Assembly (NCBI GenBank): GCA_019873685.1 | Contig: JAIOAT010000001.1 | Span: forward strand, 100,419-164,418 | Source of the DNA: Chloroflexota bacterium | GTDB taxonomy: Bacteria > Chloroflexota > Anaerolineae > Aggregatilineales > Ch27 | Direction: 5' to 3' | DNA: 64,000 nt | Shown: positions 56,964-64,000 of the stretch, one piece after another | How the letters are laid out: each line of letters begins with the position of its first letter | Numbering within the stretch: position 1 is the first letter of the stretch | Notes under the pieces: generated by a model | Told to the model about the DNA's origin: nothing | The model's input: the letters and a program-made list of their open reading frames with translations, nothing else | The model's database searches: none | Program-made: the position numbers and the translations under genes

Positions 56964-58490
56964 ATGTCCTGGGAACCGACCAATGTAGAGCGTGACCGGC
57001 TGGAAAAGCTGGCTCGGTTGACTGAACTGGGGATTGAGGCTTATCCGCCGCGGGTAGAGCGCACCCATACCGCTGCGCAGGCTATCGCTGCTTTTGAAGC
57101 CGTTGAGGACGACCCGGAGGCGGCGGAAAGCATTGAGGTCACCGTCTGCGGGCGCGTGCGACGAATCAATATCAAGGGCAAGGTGGCGTTCTGGCACATT
57201 GAGGACGGCAGCGGGCGCGTGCAGTTGATGATCCGGCTGGATAACGTCGGGGAAGCCACCTATGCGCTGGTTCAGGACAAGCTGATTGAACTGGACGATT
57301 TCGTTCAGGCGCGCGGGGTGATGATGCGCACGCGCAGCGGTGAGGTCAGTGTGCAGGTTTATGAGCTACGGCTGCTGGCCAAGGCAGTCAGCCCCTTGCC
57401 GGTCATCAAAGAAAAGGTCGAGGAAGATGGCACGATCAGCCGGTTCGGGGAATTCAGTGACAAAGAGACCCGCTACCGCCAGCGTTATGCCGACCTGGCA
57501 GTCAACCCAGACGTGCGTGAGGTCTTCCGCAAGCGCGCGCGGATGATCAGCGCATTGCGGCGGTTCCTGGATGACGAGGGCTTCCTGGAGGTGGAGACGC
57601 CGATTCTGCAGCCGATCTACGGTGGGGCGGCGGCCCGGCCATTCATCACGCACCATAACCAGCTGGATCAGGACCTCTACCTGCGCATCAGCTTCGAGCT
57701 ATACCTCAAGCGGCTGCTGGTCGGCATGTATGACGCCGTGTATGAGATAGGTCGCGACTTCCGCAATGAGGGGGTGAGCTTCAAGCACAACCCGGAGTTC
57801 ACCCAGATCGAGTTCTACAAGGCGTATATCGATTACCACGGGGTGATGGATCTCACTGAGCGTTTGCTGGCCTTTGTCGTGCAGCAGGTGACCGGCGACA
57901 CCGTGATCACCTACCAGGGCCACCGGATCGATTTCAGGCCGCCCTGGAAGCGGCTGACGTTGCATGAAGCGATCCTGGCTACCACGGGGATCGACTACAA
58001 GCAGCACCCCGATGCAGCTTCTCTTCGCGCTGCCATGCGCCAGCGCGGATACCAGGCTCGCGATGACGCGACCTGGGGTAAGCTCGTTGATAGCTTGCTG
58101 GGCGAGGTTGAGCCGACGTTGATCCAGCCCACCTTCATCCTGGACTATCCCCGCGATATTTCTCCCTTCGCCAAGATGTTGCCCGGTGACCCAACCCATG
58201 TGGAACGGTTTGAGTTCTTCATCGGTGGTATGGAGATGGGGAACGCCTTTACCGAACTCAACGATCCCCAGGATCAGGAAGCGCGCTTCCTGGAAATGGG
58301 TCGGCTGTATGCCGAAGATCAGGATGAGGCGACACCACTGGATGAAGATTACCTGCGCGCTATGCGCTACGGCATGCCGCCATGCGGTGGTTGGGGCATG
58401 GGGGTAGACCGGCTGGCCATGCTGCTCACTGACCAGCGCAGTATTCGGGATGTGTTACTGTTTCCGCATATGCGGGACGAAGAAGCGTAA
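56964..58490 (+). CDS. lysS: Lysyl-tRNA synthetase, class II
   Basis: 508 aa from ATG 56964 (GAAGGAGAAG upstream). OB-fold anticodon domain, motif 2 FRNEG, motif 3 GWGMGVDRLAMLL. Confidence 0.95.
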   Translation: MSWEPTNVERDRLEKLARLTELGIEAYPPRVERTHTAAQAIAAFEAVEDDPEAAESIEVTVCGRVRRINIKGKVAFWHIEDGSGRVQLMIRLDNVGEATYALVQDKLIELDDFVQARGVMMRTRSGEVSVQVYELRLLAKAVSPLPVIKEKVEEDGTISRFGEFSDKETRYRQRYADLAVNPDVREVFRKRARMISALRRFLDDEGFLEVETPILQPIYGGAAARPFITHHNQLDQDLYLRISFELYLKRLLVGMYDAVYEIGRDFRNEGVSFKHNPEFTQIEFYKAYIDYHGVMDLTERLLAFVVQQVTGDTVITYQGHRIDFRPPWKRLTLHEAILATTGIDYKQHPDAASLRAAMRQRGYQARDDATWGKLVDSLLGEVEPTLIQPTFILDYPRDISPFAKMLPGDPTHVERFEFFIGGMEMGNAFTELNDPQDQEARFLEMGRLYAEDQDEATPLDEDYLRAMRYGMPPCGGWGMGVDRLAMLLTDQRSIRDVLLFPHMRDEEA

Positions 58491-58502
58491 GCATGTTGGG
58501 GC

Positions 58503-58535
58503 AAGGCCGGGTGTCTCCCGGCCTTGTTCTTTGTT
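58503..58535 (+). terminator. Putative intrinsic terminator after lysS
   Basis: AAGGCCGGG (58503-58511) / CCCGGCCTT (58517-58525) with a 5-nt loop, then GTTCTTTGTT. Confidence 0.6.
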
Positions 58536-58662
58536 GACGGCTGCTTGAAGAGGTCAGGGATTGTCCTACGGCGGGCAGAACGCCGGAAAAGTAGCGATTC
58601 GATCACGTTCCTTTGTAGAATAGGCTAAGCGTCCGTAAGCGAGTTTCGGAACGAGGTCGATC

Positions 58663-60408
58663 ATGGAAGCATTCCGCCCGGAAAGCGACAACGCAGAAGG
58701 ACTGAATTCAGATCGCCACACTCGTCGAGGACGGGCGCGCCAGCGTTACATGGCCCGCCAGTCCCGCCGCGGGCAAGCGCGTGTACTTCCCCAGCGTCCG
58801 CTGAAGGTCGAAATAGGGGAGAGTATCTTCTCTCGTGCTGCCGATAGCGCGGTGGTGATTGCAGACGCTGTGCAGGATCGGCTGCGACGGCTTTCCTGGC
58901 GTTCGCTGCGCAGTCAGGGGCTGGTGATCGTGCCGGTGCTGATCGGGCTGGTCCTGCTGTTTACCACTCTGTCGGCGTATTCTTCTGGAAAAGTCGTGGC
59001 CGGTGTATCCGTTGGGGGCGTTTCAGTAGCCGGCATGACCGAGCAGGAGGCCGCTGAGGCGCTTAAACGAGCCTGGCGGGATGTGCAGGTGACCCTCCGG
59101 GAAGGCGAACGCAGCTGGTCAGTGCGAGCGAGCGAACTGGGCTTCAGGCTGGATGCTGCCGCCTCAGCACGTCACGCTGTGACCTATGGACGCGAGCAGG
59201 GTGGGCTGGGAGCGATGATCGGCGCGGCGGTCAGGGGCGTCAATCTTGAGCCGGTTGTCGATCTGGATCTCAGTGTGGCCCGCGATACGCTGATCCGGAT
59301 TGCCGGACAGGCGAATGTACCGGCCAGGAATGCAACGGTTCGCCTGCAGGGCGTGGTGGTGACGCATATCCCGGCCCAGCCAGGAAGCAGGCTGAACATA
59401 GGCGAGTTGTTGCCTATGCTGGCGTCCGATCCCGCAGGGGTCGTGGCAAAGGGTACAATTGATCTGCCGATGAATCCGGTTCCTCCTCTGATTGTTGACG
59501 CCACGCCGCTGGTCGAATACGCCCAGGCGCTGCTTGAGCGCGATCTGGTGCTCGAAGCGTACGATCCTGTTGCGGATGAATCGCGCCGGTATTCGATACC
59601 TCCAGAGGAATGGGGCAAGTGGTTGGATACGCAGCTGGTCTATCATGAGACCGGGCCACGGTTGTACCTGTCTGTGGCAGCGGCACCGGTGCGTGCCTTT
59701 CTGGAGCAGCAGGCTCAGGCTTTGCCTGAGCCGTTGACCCTTGATCTCGGTGATGGCGTGCGGGCGATTCAGCAGGCTGTGGCCAATGGTTCGCTCAATA
59801 CCTGGGTCACCGTGCGCTATGAGCCTTACATCTACACGGTTGGCCGGGGGGAAACGGCTTACGGTATCTCGCGCACGACTGGCATCCCCTTCTACCTGAT
59901 CGAGCAGGCTAATCCAGATCGCGATCTTTCCGAGCTGTATGTTGGCGATACGATCGTTATTCCGTCGCGCGATAGTCTGTTACCGCTGCGACCCGTGCGG
60001 AACAAACGGATTGTGGTCGATTTGAGCGACCAGTACCTGTGGGCATTTGAGAATGGTCAGGTGGTCTACGAGTGGCCGATCTCCAGCGGCATCGCCTCCG
60101 CGCCGACCGCTACGGGCGTGTTCCAGATCCTTAGCCATGCCGAGACTGCACGCGGCAGCAGCTACACATTGTGTGATGCCAACACCTGCGGGCAGTGGGT
60201 GATGAGCTGGTTCATGGGCATCTACGAAGCGGTGCCTGGCCTGATGAACGGCTTCCATGGCGCTGTGGAACTGCCCAACGGACGTTATCTGGGCGACGGG
60301 CAGGTTGGGCGTCCCTTTACTTTTGGCTGCATCATGTCCCAGGATGACAATGCCTACAAGCTCTATACCTGGGCTGAAGAAGGGGTGATCGTCGAAATCC
60401 GGCAGTGA
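58663..60408 (+). CDS. Membrane-anchored L,D-transpeptidase (YkuD domain) with LysM and YoaR-like peptidoglycan-binding region
   Basis: 581 aa. Arg-rich N-terminus, one TM, LysM (YTVGRGETAYGISRTTGIPFYLIEQANP...GDTIVIP), YkuD catalytic region (IVVDLSDQYLWAFENGQVV...GFHG...FTFGCIMS). Confidence 0.8.
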   Translation: MEAFRPESDNAEGLNSDRHTRRGRARQRYMARQSRRGQARVLPQRPLKVEIGESIFSRAADSAVVIADAVQDRLRRLSWRSLRSQGLVIVPVLIGLVLLFTTLSAYSSGKVVAGVSVGGVSVAGMTEQEAAEALKRAWRDVQVTLREGERSWSVRASELGFRLDAAASARHAVTYGREQGGLGAMIGAAVRGVNLEPVVDLDLSVARDTLIRIAGQANVPARNATVRLQGVVVTHIPAQPGSRLNIGELLPMLASDPAGVVAKGTIDLPMNPVPPLIVDATPLVEYAQALLERDLVLEAYDPVADESRRYSIPPEEWGKWLDTQLVYHETGPRLYLSVAAAPVRAFLEQQAQALPEPLTLDLGDGVRAIQQAVANGSLNTWVTVRYEPYIYTVGRGETAYGISRTTGIPFYLIEQANPDRDLSELYVGDTIVIPSRDSLLPLRPVRNKRIVVDLSDQYLWAFENGQVVYEWPISSGIASAPTATGVFQILSHAETARGSSYTLCDANTCGQWVMSWFMGIYEAVPGLMNGFHGAVELPNGRYLGDGQVGRPFTFGCIMSQDDNAYKLYTWAEEGVIVEIRQ

Positions 60409-60481
60409 ACCGCTGGCACTGTGGCCGCTGGCTCACAGTAGCAGCTTGGCCCACAACAGGACGCGGGTGTTCCGCCTCCGG

Positions 60482-61282
60482 CTATTCGTCAGCCGGGGGC
60501 GGAGTGTCTTCTTCCGCGAGGGTAGCCAGGAAGTGCCGATCAGCATCGTCCAGGCTGGCGGTCAGAAGTAGATCAGGCCGGCGCTGCCAGGTGCGACGCA
60601 GGCCATGTTCGCGTCGCCAGCGGGTAATACGGGCGTGATGGCCGTTGATGAGCACATCCGGCACTCTTAGTCCCCGGAATTCTGGCGGACGGGTGTAGTG
60701 TGGGCCTTCCAGAATGCCGGTTGCATGGCTGTCCTGCTCGGCAGCCTGCGGCGCGCCCAGCGCACCCGGGATCAGGCGGGTGAGGACATCAATCAGCACC
60801 ATGGCTGGTAGTTCGCCGCCGGTGAGCACGTAGTCTCCGATGCTTAGTTCATCGCTGACGACCAGTTCGCGCACACGCTCATCGACGCCTTCGTAGTGCC
60901 CGCAGATGAGCGCCAGGCGCGGATGAGCCGCCAGTTCGCGGGCGATCGCCTGAGTCAGGACACGTCCCTGCGGGGAAAGCAGGATCACTGGCACCTGCTT
61001 CAGATCGCTTCCCAGCACACTTTCTACAGCAGCGACGATCGGCTCCACTTTCATCACCATACCGCCCCCACCGCCGTATGGGGTATCATCGGTAATGTGG
61101 TGCTTGTCCGTGGTGTAATCGCGGATGTTATGCAGGACAACGGTCAGCAAGCCGTTGTCCTGAGCACGCTTGAGGATGCTCTCGGAGAGCGGCCCGTGGA
61201 ACATAGCAGGGAATAACGTGAAGACATCGATGCGCACGGCCTGCCTGCTTTCTGTTTGTTGATCCTGAAAATGCCCCACCAT
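60482..61282 (-). CDS. trmD: tRNA (guanine37-N1)-methyltransferase
   Basis: [46 protein letters not shown]. An alternative GTG start at 61237 would give the canonical N-terminus. The acidic C-terminal tail is atypical. Confidence 0.9.
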   Translation of the reverse strand: MVGHFQDQQTESRQAVRIDVFTLFPAMFHGPLSESILKRAQDNGLLTVVLHNIRDYTTDKHHITDDTPYGGGGGMVMKVEPIVAAVESVLGSDLKQVPVILLSPQGRVLTQAIARELAAHPRLALICGHYEGVDERVRELVVSDELSIGDYVLTGGELPAMVLIDVLTRLIPGALGAPQAAEQDSHATGILEGPHYTRPPEFRGLRVPDVLINGHHARITRWRREHGLRRTWQRRPDLLLTASLDDADRHFLATLAEEDTPPPADE

Positions 61283-61360
61283 TATAGCGGCCTTTGCGTG
61301 GTGAAGAATACTCAGCGTTTTCTCACCGATTGAGGTATTCAGGCGGTTATAATCGCAGAT

Positions 61361-62200
61361 ATGAAAGGTCGGAATATGCCAGCAGACTGGGAATTACTGG
61401 GCAGCGTCCGGGCGGTGGTGCTGGATATGGACGGCGTCCTATGGCGCGGGAACGCCGCTCTGCCGGGCCTAGTTGAGCTGTTTGAATTCTTCGACCGGGC
61501 GGGGATAGCGTACATCCTGGCGACCAACAACAGCACCACCACTGTCAGCGCCTATGTGGAGAAGCTCAGGCAATTTGGTGTGGTTGTGCGACCAGAGAGC
61601 ATTGTGACTTCCGCCGTGGCAACGGCGGATTACCTGCGTCTGCACTATGGTGATGGGGCGCGGGTTCATGTTGTCGGGGAGATCGGCTTGATCCAGACGC
61701 TGGCTGAGGCGGGTTATCCCAGCGTGCCGGATGACGCCGATGTAGTTGTCGTCGGGCTTGACCGGGAAGTCACCTACGAGAAGCTCCGGCGAGCTGCCAC
61801 CATGATCCGGGGCGGGGCGCAGTTCATCGGGACCAACGCTGATCGCACCTTTCCGATGCCGGATGGTCTGGTGCCGGGTGCAGGCAGCCTGCTGGCGTTT
61901 TTGCAGGCCTGTACTGACCAGCAACCCCTGGTGATCGGCAAACCGGAGGCGACGATGTTCGCTATGGCCCTTGCCCGGCTGGGGACGCAACCCGGCCAGA
62001 CGTTGATGGTTGGCGATCGGGTAGATACGGATATCGTGGGCGCCAGGCGAGTCGGCCTGCTGACTGCGCTGGTGTTGAGTGGCGTCACCTCGGCTGATAT
62101 GCTGGCCAGCAGCCTGGCCCAGCTTGATCTGTTGTTTGATGATATTGCGGCATTGCGGCGGGCCTGGCAGGCAGTCCGGGAGAAGTCTGCGCCGGTCTGA
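61361..62200 (+). CDS. HAD-IIA family sugar-phosphate phosphatase (NagD-like)
   Basis: [12 protein letters not shown] (DxDG), ILATNNS, GKPE...[10 protein letters not shown]. Confidence 0.8.
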   Translation: MKGRNMPADWELLGSVRAVVLDMDGVLWRGNAALPGLVELFEFFDRAGIAYILATNNSTTTVSAYVEKLRQFGVVVRPESIVTSAVATADYLRLHYGDGARVHVVGEIGLIQTLAEAGYPSVPDDADVVVVGLDREVTYEKLRRAATMIRGGAQFIGTNADRTFPMPDGLVPGAGSLLAFLQACTDQQPLVIGKPEATMFAMALARLGTQPGQTLMVGDRVDTDIVGARRVGLLTALVLSGVTSADMLASSLAQLDLLFDDIAALRRAWQAVREKSAPV

Positions 62201-62232
62201 GAGTAGATGCGCGGGAGAATGAGGTCTGACGC

Positions 62233-63426
62233 ATGGTAAAGCAGTGGCGTCGCTGGTGCGGAACGGCAGTCGTGATGTGGCTGGTCGTCGTGGCCAGGGT
62301 GTGGATGCCCGCCAGTGGTCAGGGAGCCATACAGATCGTGCGCCAGGATACGGCAACCCGTTATCCTTATTCGGTGACCTTCCGCTTGTCTGCTGTTTCA
62401 TCAGCGGCACCAATCACGGAGGCCCGGCTCTACTGGCAGGCGGGGCCGCAGGACGTCTTCAATGTCCAGCTTGTCGCTTTCACCCCCGCAAGTTTGGTCA
62501 GCCTGGAAGTGCCGCTGAGCACGCAGTTGCTCAGCCTGCCGCCTTTTGCCCAGATCACCTACCGCTGGCAAATTCGTGATGGCCAGGGGAACACGCTGGT
62601 GACCGAGAACGAGACCTTTGAATACGCTGATAACCGTAAAGACTGGCAAGAGACTGCCAACGAGCGGCTTCGCATGTTGTGGTATGGCCTCGACGACGCG
62701 CTCGTAGCGGAACTGTTTGCGGCGGCTGACCAATCGTACCAGCAACTGGCTGCCGACTTCGGCGTGACGCTGGAGCACCGCCCGCTTATCTTGCTCTACC
62801 CCGATCGGCGGGCATTTGAGGAATTCCAGGATTTTGTGAGCAATGTCGAGTTTGTGGTCGGTCGCTACTTTCCGGGTCACAACATCATTGCCTGTCTGGT
62901 TACGCCTGATTTGCCGCGCGAACTGCTGACAGATACGCTGGCGCATGAACTTTCTCATCTCTACAGTGACAACTACTACGTAGGGTACACGCGGTTGCCG
63001 CTGTGGTTGGAAGAGGGCCTGGCGACGTATCACGAATCTGCTGACCTGAGCGATGAACTGGAGCTGGTACAGCGGGCGGCTGCACGGCAAAGGTTGGTGC
63101 CATTCATTGAGTTGCCGGCGGCTATTCGGGCGAACAATGTTCAGACAGCCAATCTGGCTTACGCCGAAGGCGCGACGGTCTTCGCTTTCATTCATGAAAT
63201 GTGGGGACAGGGATCAGTCGTTGACTTCCTGAGCGCGTTCCGACGCACCACACATGTTGATACAGCCATGCGCAATGTCTTTGGGCTGGGCATGGCTGAT
63301 TTTGAGATAGCGTGGCGGGCCTGGCTGGGCTATCCGGTCGAGCAGGTGCCACAGGCCATCCCTACGCCAACGCTGATCCCTCTGCTTCTTCCCACGCCAA
63401 CCTACCTGCCGCCGGGCGGTAGTTGA
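62233..63426 (+). CDS. Secreted MA-clan zinc metallopeptidase-like protein
   Basis: 397 aa. Signal/TM at the N-terminus. HELSHLY...WLEEGLATYHE gives a HEXXH-X18-E spacing. Confidence 0.65.
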   Translation: MVKQWRRWCGTAVVMWLVVVARVWMPASGQGAIQIVRQDTATRYPYSVTFRLSAVSSAAPITEARLYWQAGPQDVFNVQLVAFTPASLVSLEVPLSTQLLSLPPFAQITYRWQIRDGQGNTLVTENETFEYADNRKDWQETANERLRMLWYGLDDALVAELFAAADQSYQQLAADFGVTLEHRPLILLYPDRRAFEEFQDFVSNVEFVVGRYFPGHNIIACLVTPDLPRELLTDTLAHELSHLYSDNYYVGYTRLPLWLEEGLATYHESADLSDELELVQRAAARQRLVPFIELPAAIRANNVQTANLAYAEGATVFAFIHEMWGQGSVVDFLSAFRRTTHVDTAMRNVFGLGMADFEIAWRAWLGYPVEQVPQAIPTPTLIPLLLPTPTYLPPGGS

Positions 63427-63459
63427 TGCGGTTGGCCGCCATTGTTGCTGGAGTGTCAT

Positions 63460-64000
63460 ATGCGTCTTGGGGAGCGTAGTGTCTACGATCTCTGCCGCGA
63501 GAACATACACAGGGCACTGGTCGGTCTGCTGATGCTAGTCGTAGCTATGCTGCTATTGAGTGGTCAAGTTGGGGTGGTCACTCAGGGCGGAGGGCAGACT
63601 CTGGCCGAACCGGTGGCGCCGCTGCCAGCGATGGTCCAGGGTAATGCGGCATGGACGATCGGTGAGTCAACATTCGAAGGGAAGTTCCCGGAAGGGATGC
63701 GCTTCACTATCGCGGCCAGCAGCAGTGCAGGGCGGATCACCAGCGCCCGTGTGGTATGGTCCCATGCGCCGGGAAACAACACGCAGCGAAGCCGGGGAGC
63801 TTCCTTTGATGAAGTCAGCGGGCTGTGGGTGGCCGTTTGGCCGCATGATCGAGGCGATGTTCCCCCCTGGGTGCTGGTGCGCTACCGCTGGGAACTGACT
63901 GACGCACTGGGCAACCGGTATATCAGCGCTGAGCGTGATGAGGTCTATGCTGACTCCGACAATGCCGCGCGATGGCATTCGGCTGAGAGCGAGGATGTGG
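63460..64000 (+). CDS. Partial paralogue of the preceding peptidase-like protein (N-terminal 180 aa; runs off the window end)
   Basis: Not in the ORF track because there is no in-window stop. Manual translation from ATG 63460 gives MRLGERSVYDL...TM...FEGKFPEGMRFTIAASSSAGRITSARVVWSH...VLVRYRWELTDALGNRYISAERDEVYADSDN. This parallels ...YSVTFRLSAVSSAAPITEARLYWQ...QITYRWQIRDGQGNTLVTENETFEYADN of 62233-63426. Confidence 0.55.
   Translation, partial: MRLGERSVYDLCRENIHRALVGLLMLVVAMLLLSGQVGVVTQGGGQTLAEPVAPLPAMVQGNAAWTIGESTFEGKFPEGMRFTIAASSSAGRITSARVVWSHAPGNNTQRSRGASFDEVSGLWVAVWPHDRGDVPPWVLVRYRWELTDALGNRYISAERDEVYADSDNAARWHSAESEDV

Noticed and set aside
1-64000. Mobile elements, prophage, restriction-modification, toxin-antitoxin or other defence islands; rRNA/tRNA genes
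   Set aside because: I recognised no integrase, transposase, recombinase, terminal inverted repeats, cas, methylase/endonuclease pairs or cloverleaf-like tRNA sequences in any intergenic gap. This absence call rests on visual inspection only.

Overview
High-GC bacterial chromosomal window. By eye I found about 46 protein-coding genes and no rRNA, tRNA, CRISPR array, transposase or integrase. PT-rich linkers, LysM/SH3b-like secreted proteins and a multi-GAF kinase suggest a Chloroflexota-like organism, but that is only an impression.

The left quarter (1.2-16.4 kb) is an envelope-polysaccharide locus. It mixes synthase-type parts (membrane GT2, BcsB-like secreted protein, CE4 deacetylase, DUF4091-like hydrolase) with Wzy-type parts (phosphoglycosyl transferase, PCP/Wzz, Wzy/O-antigen-ligase-like gene, GT4). 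Both the priming transferase and the PCP carry catalytically degenerate GGDEF-like domains, and the PCP copy keeps an RxxD I-site at canonical spacing. This is my lead candidate for an undescribed c-di-GMP-gated polysaccharide machine.

The rest of the window holds:
- housekeeping genes typA, greA, lysS and trmD;
- a csoR-copZ-copA copper operon with a clear promoter and operator;
- an Fe(III) ABC operon under a Fur-like palindromic operator, with an embedded YwiC-like membrane gene, followed by a MoxR/CoxE-type VWA pair;
- an unusually long K+-independent-type membrane pyrophosphatase;
- a GT39 plus polyprenol-phosphate GT2 pair;
- a receiver-PAS-multi-GAF histidine kinase;
- a DHH-CBS-nucleotidyltransferase fusion;
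- several peptidases.

Three genes are frame-disrupted. A 137-bp tandem duplication sits in the Wzy-like gene, a perfect 88-bp tandem duplication sits in the histidine kinase, and an apparent 1-nt frameshift sits at the 5' end of the DUF4091-like gene. These are either assembly artefacts or reversible off-switches.

Many long ORFs in the track are antisense shadows typical of high-GC DNA and were rejected.
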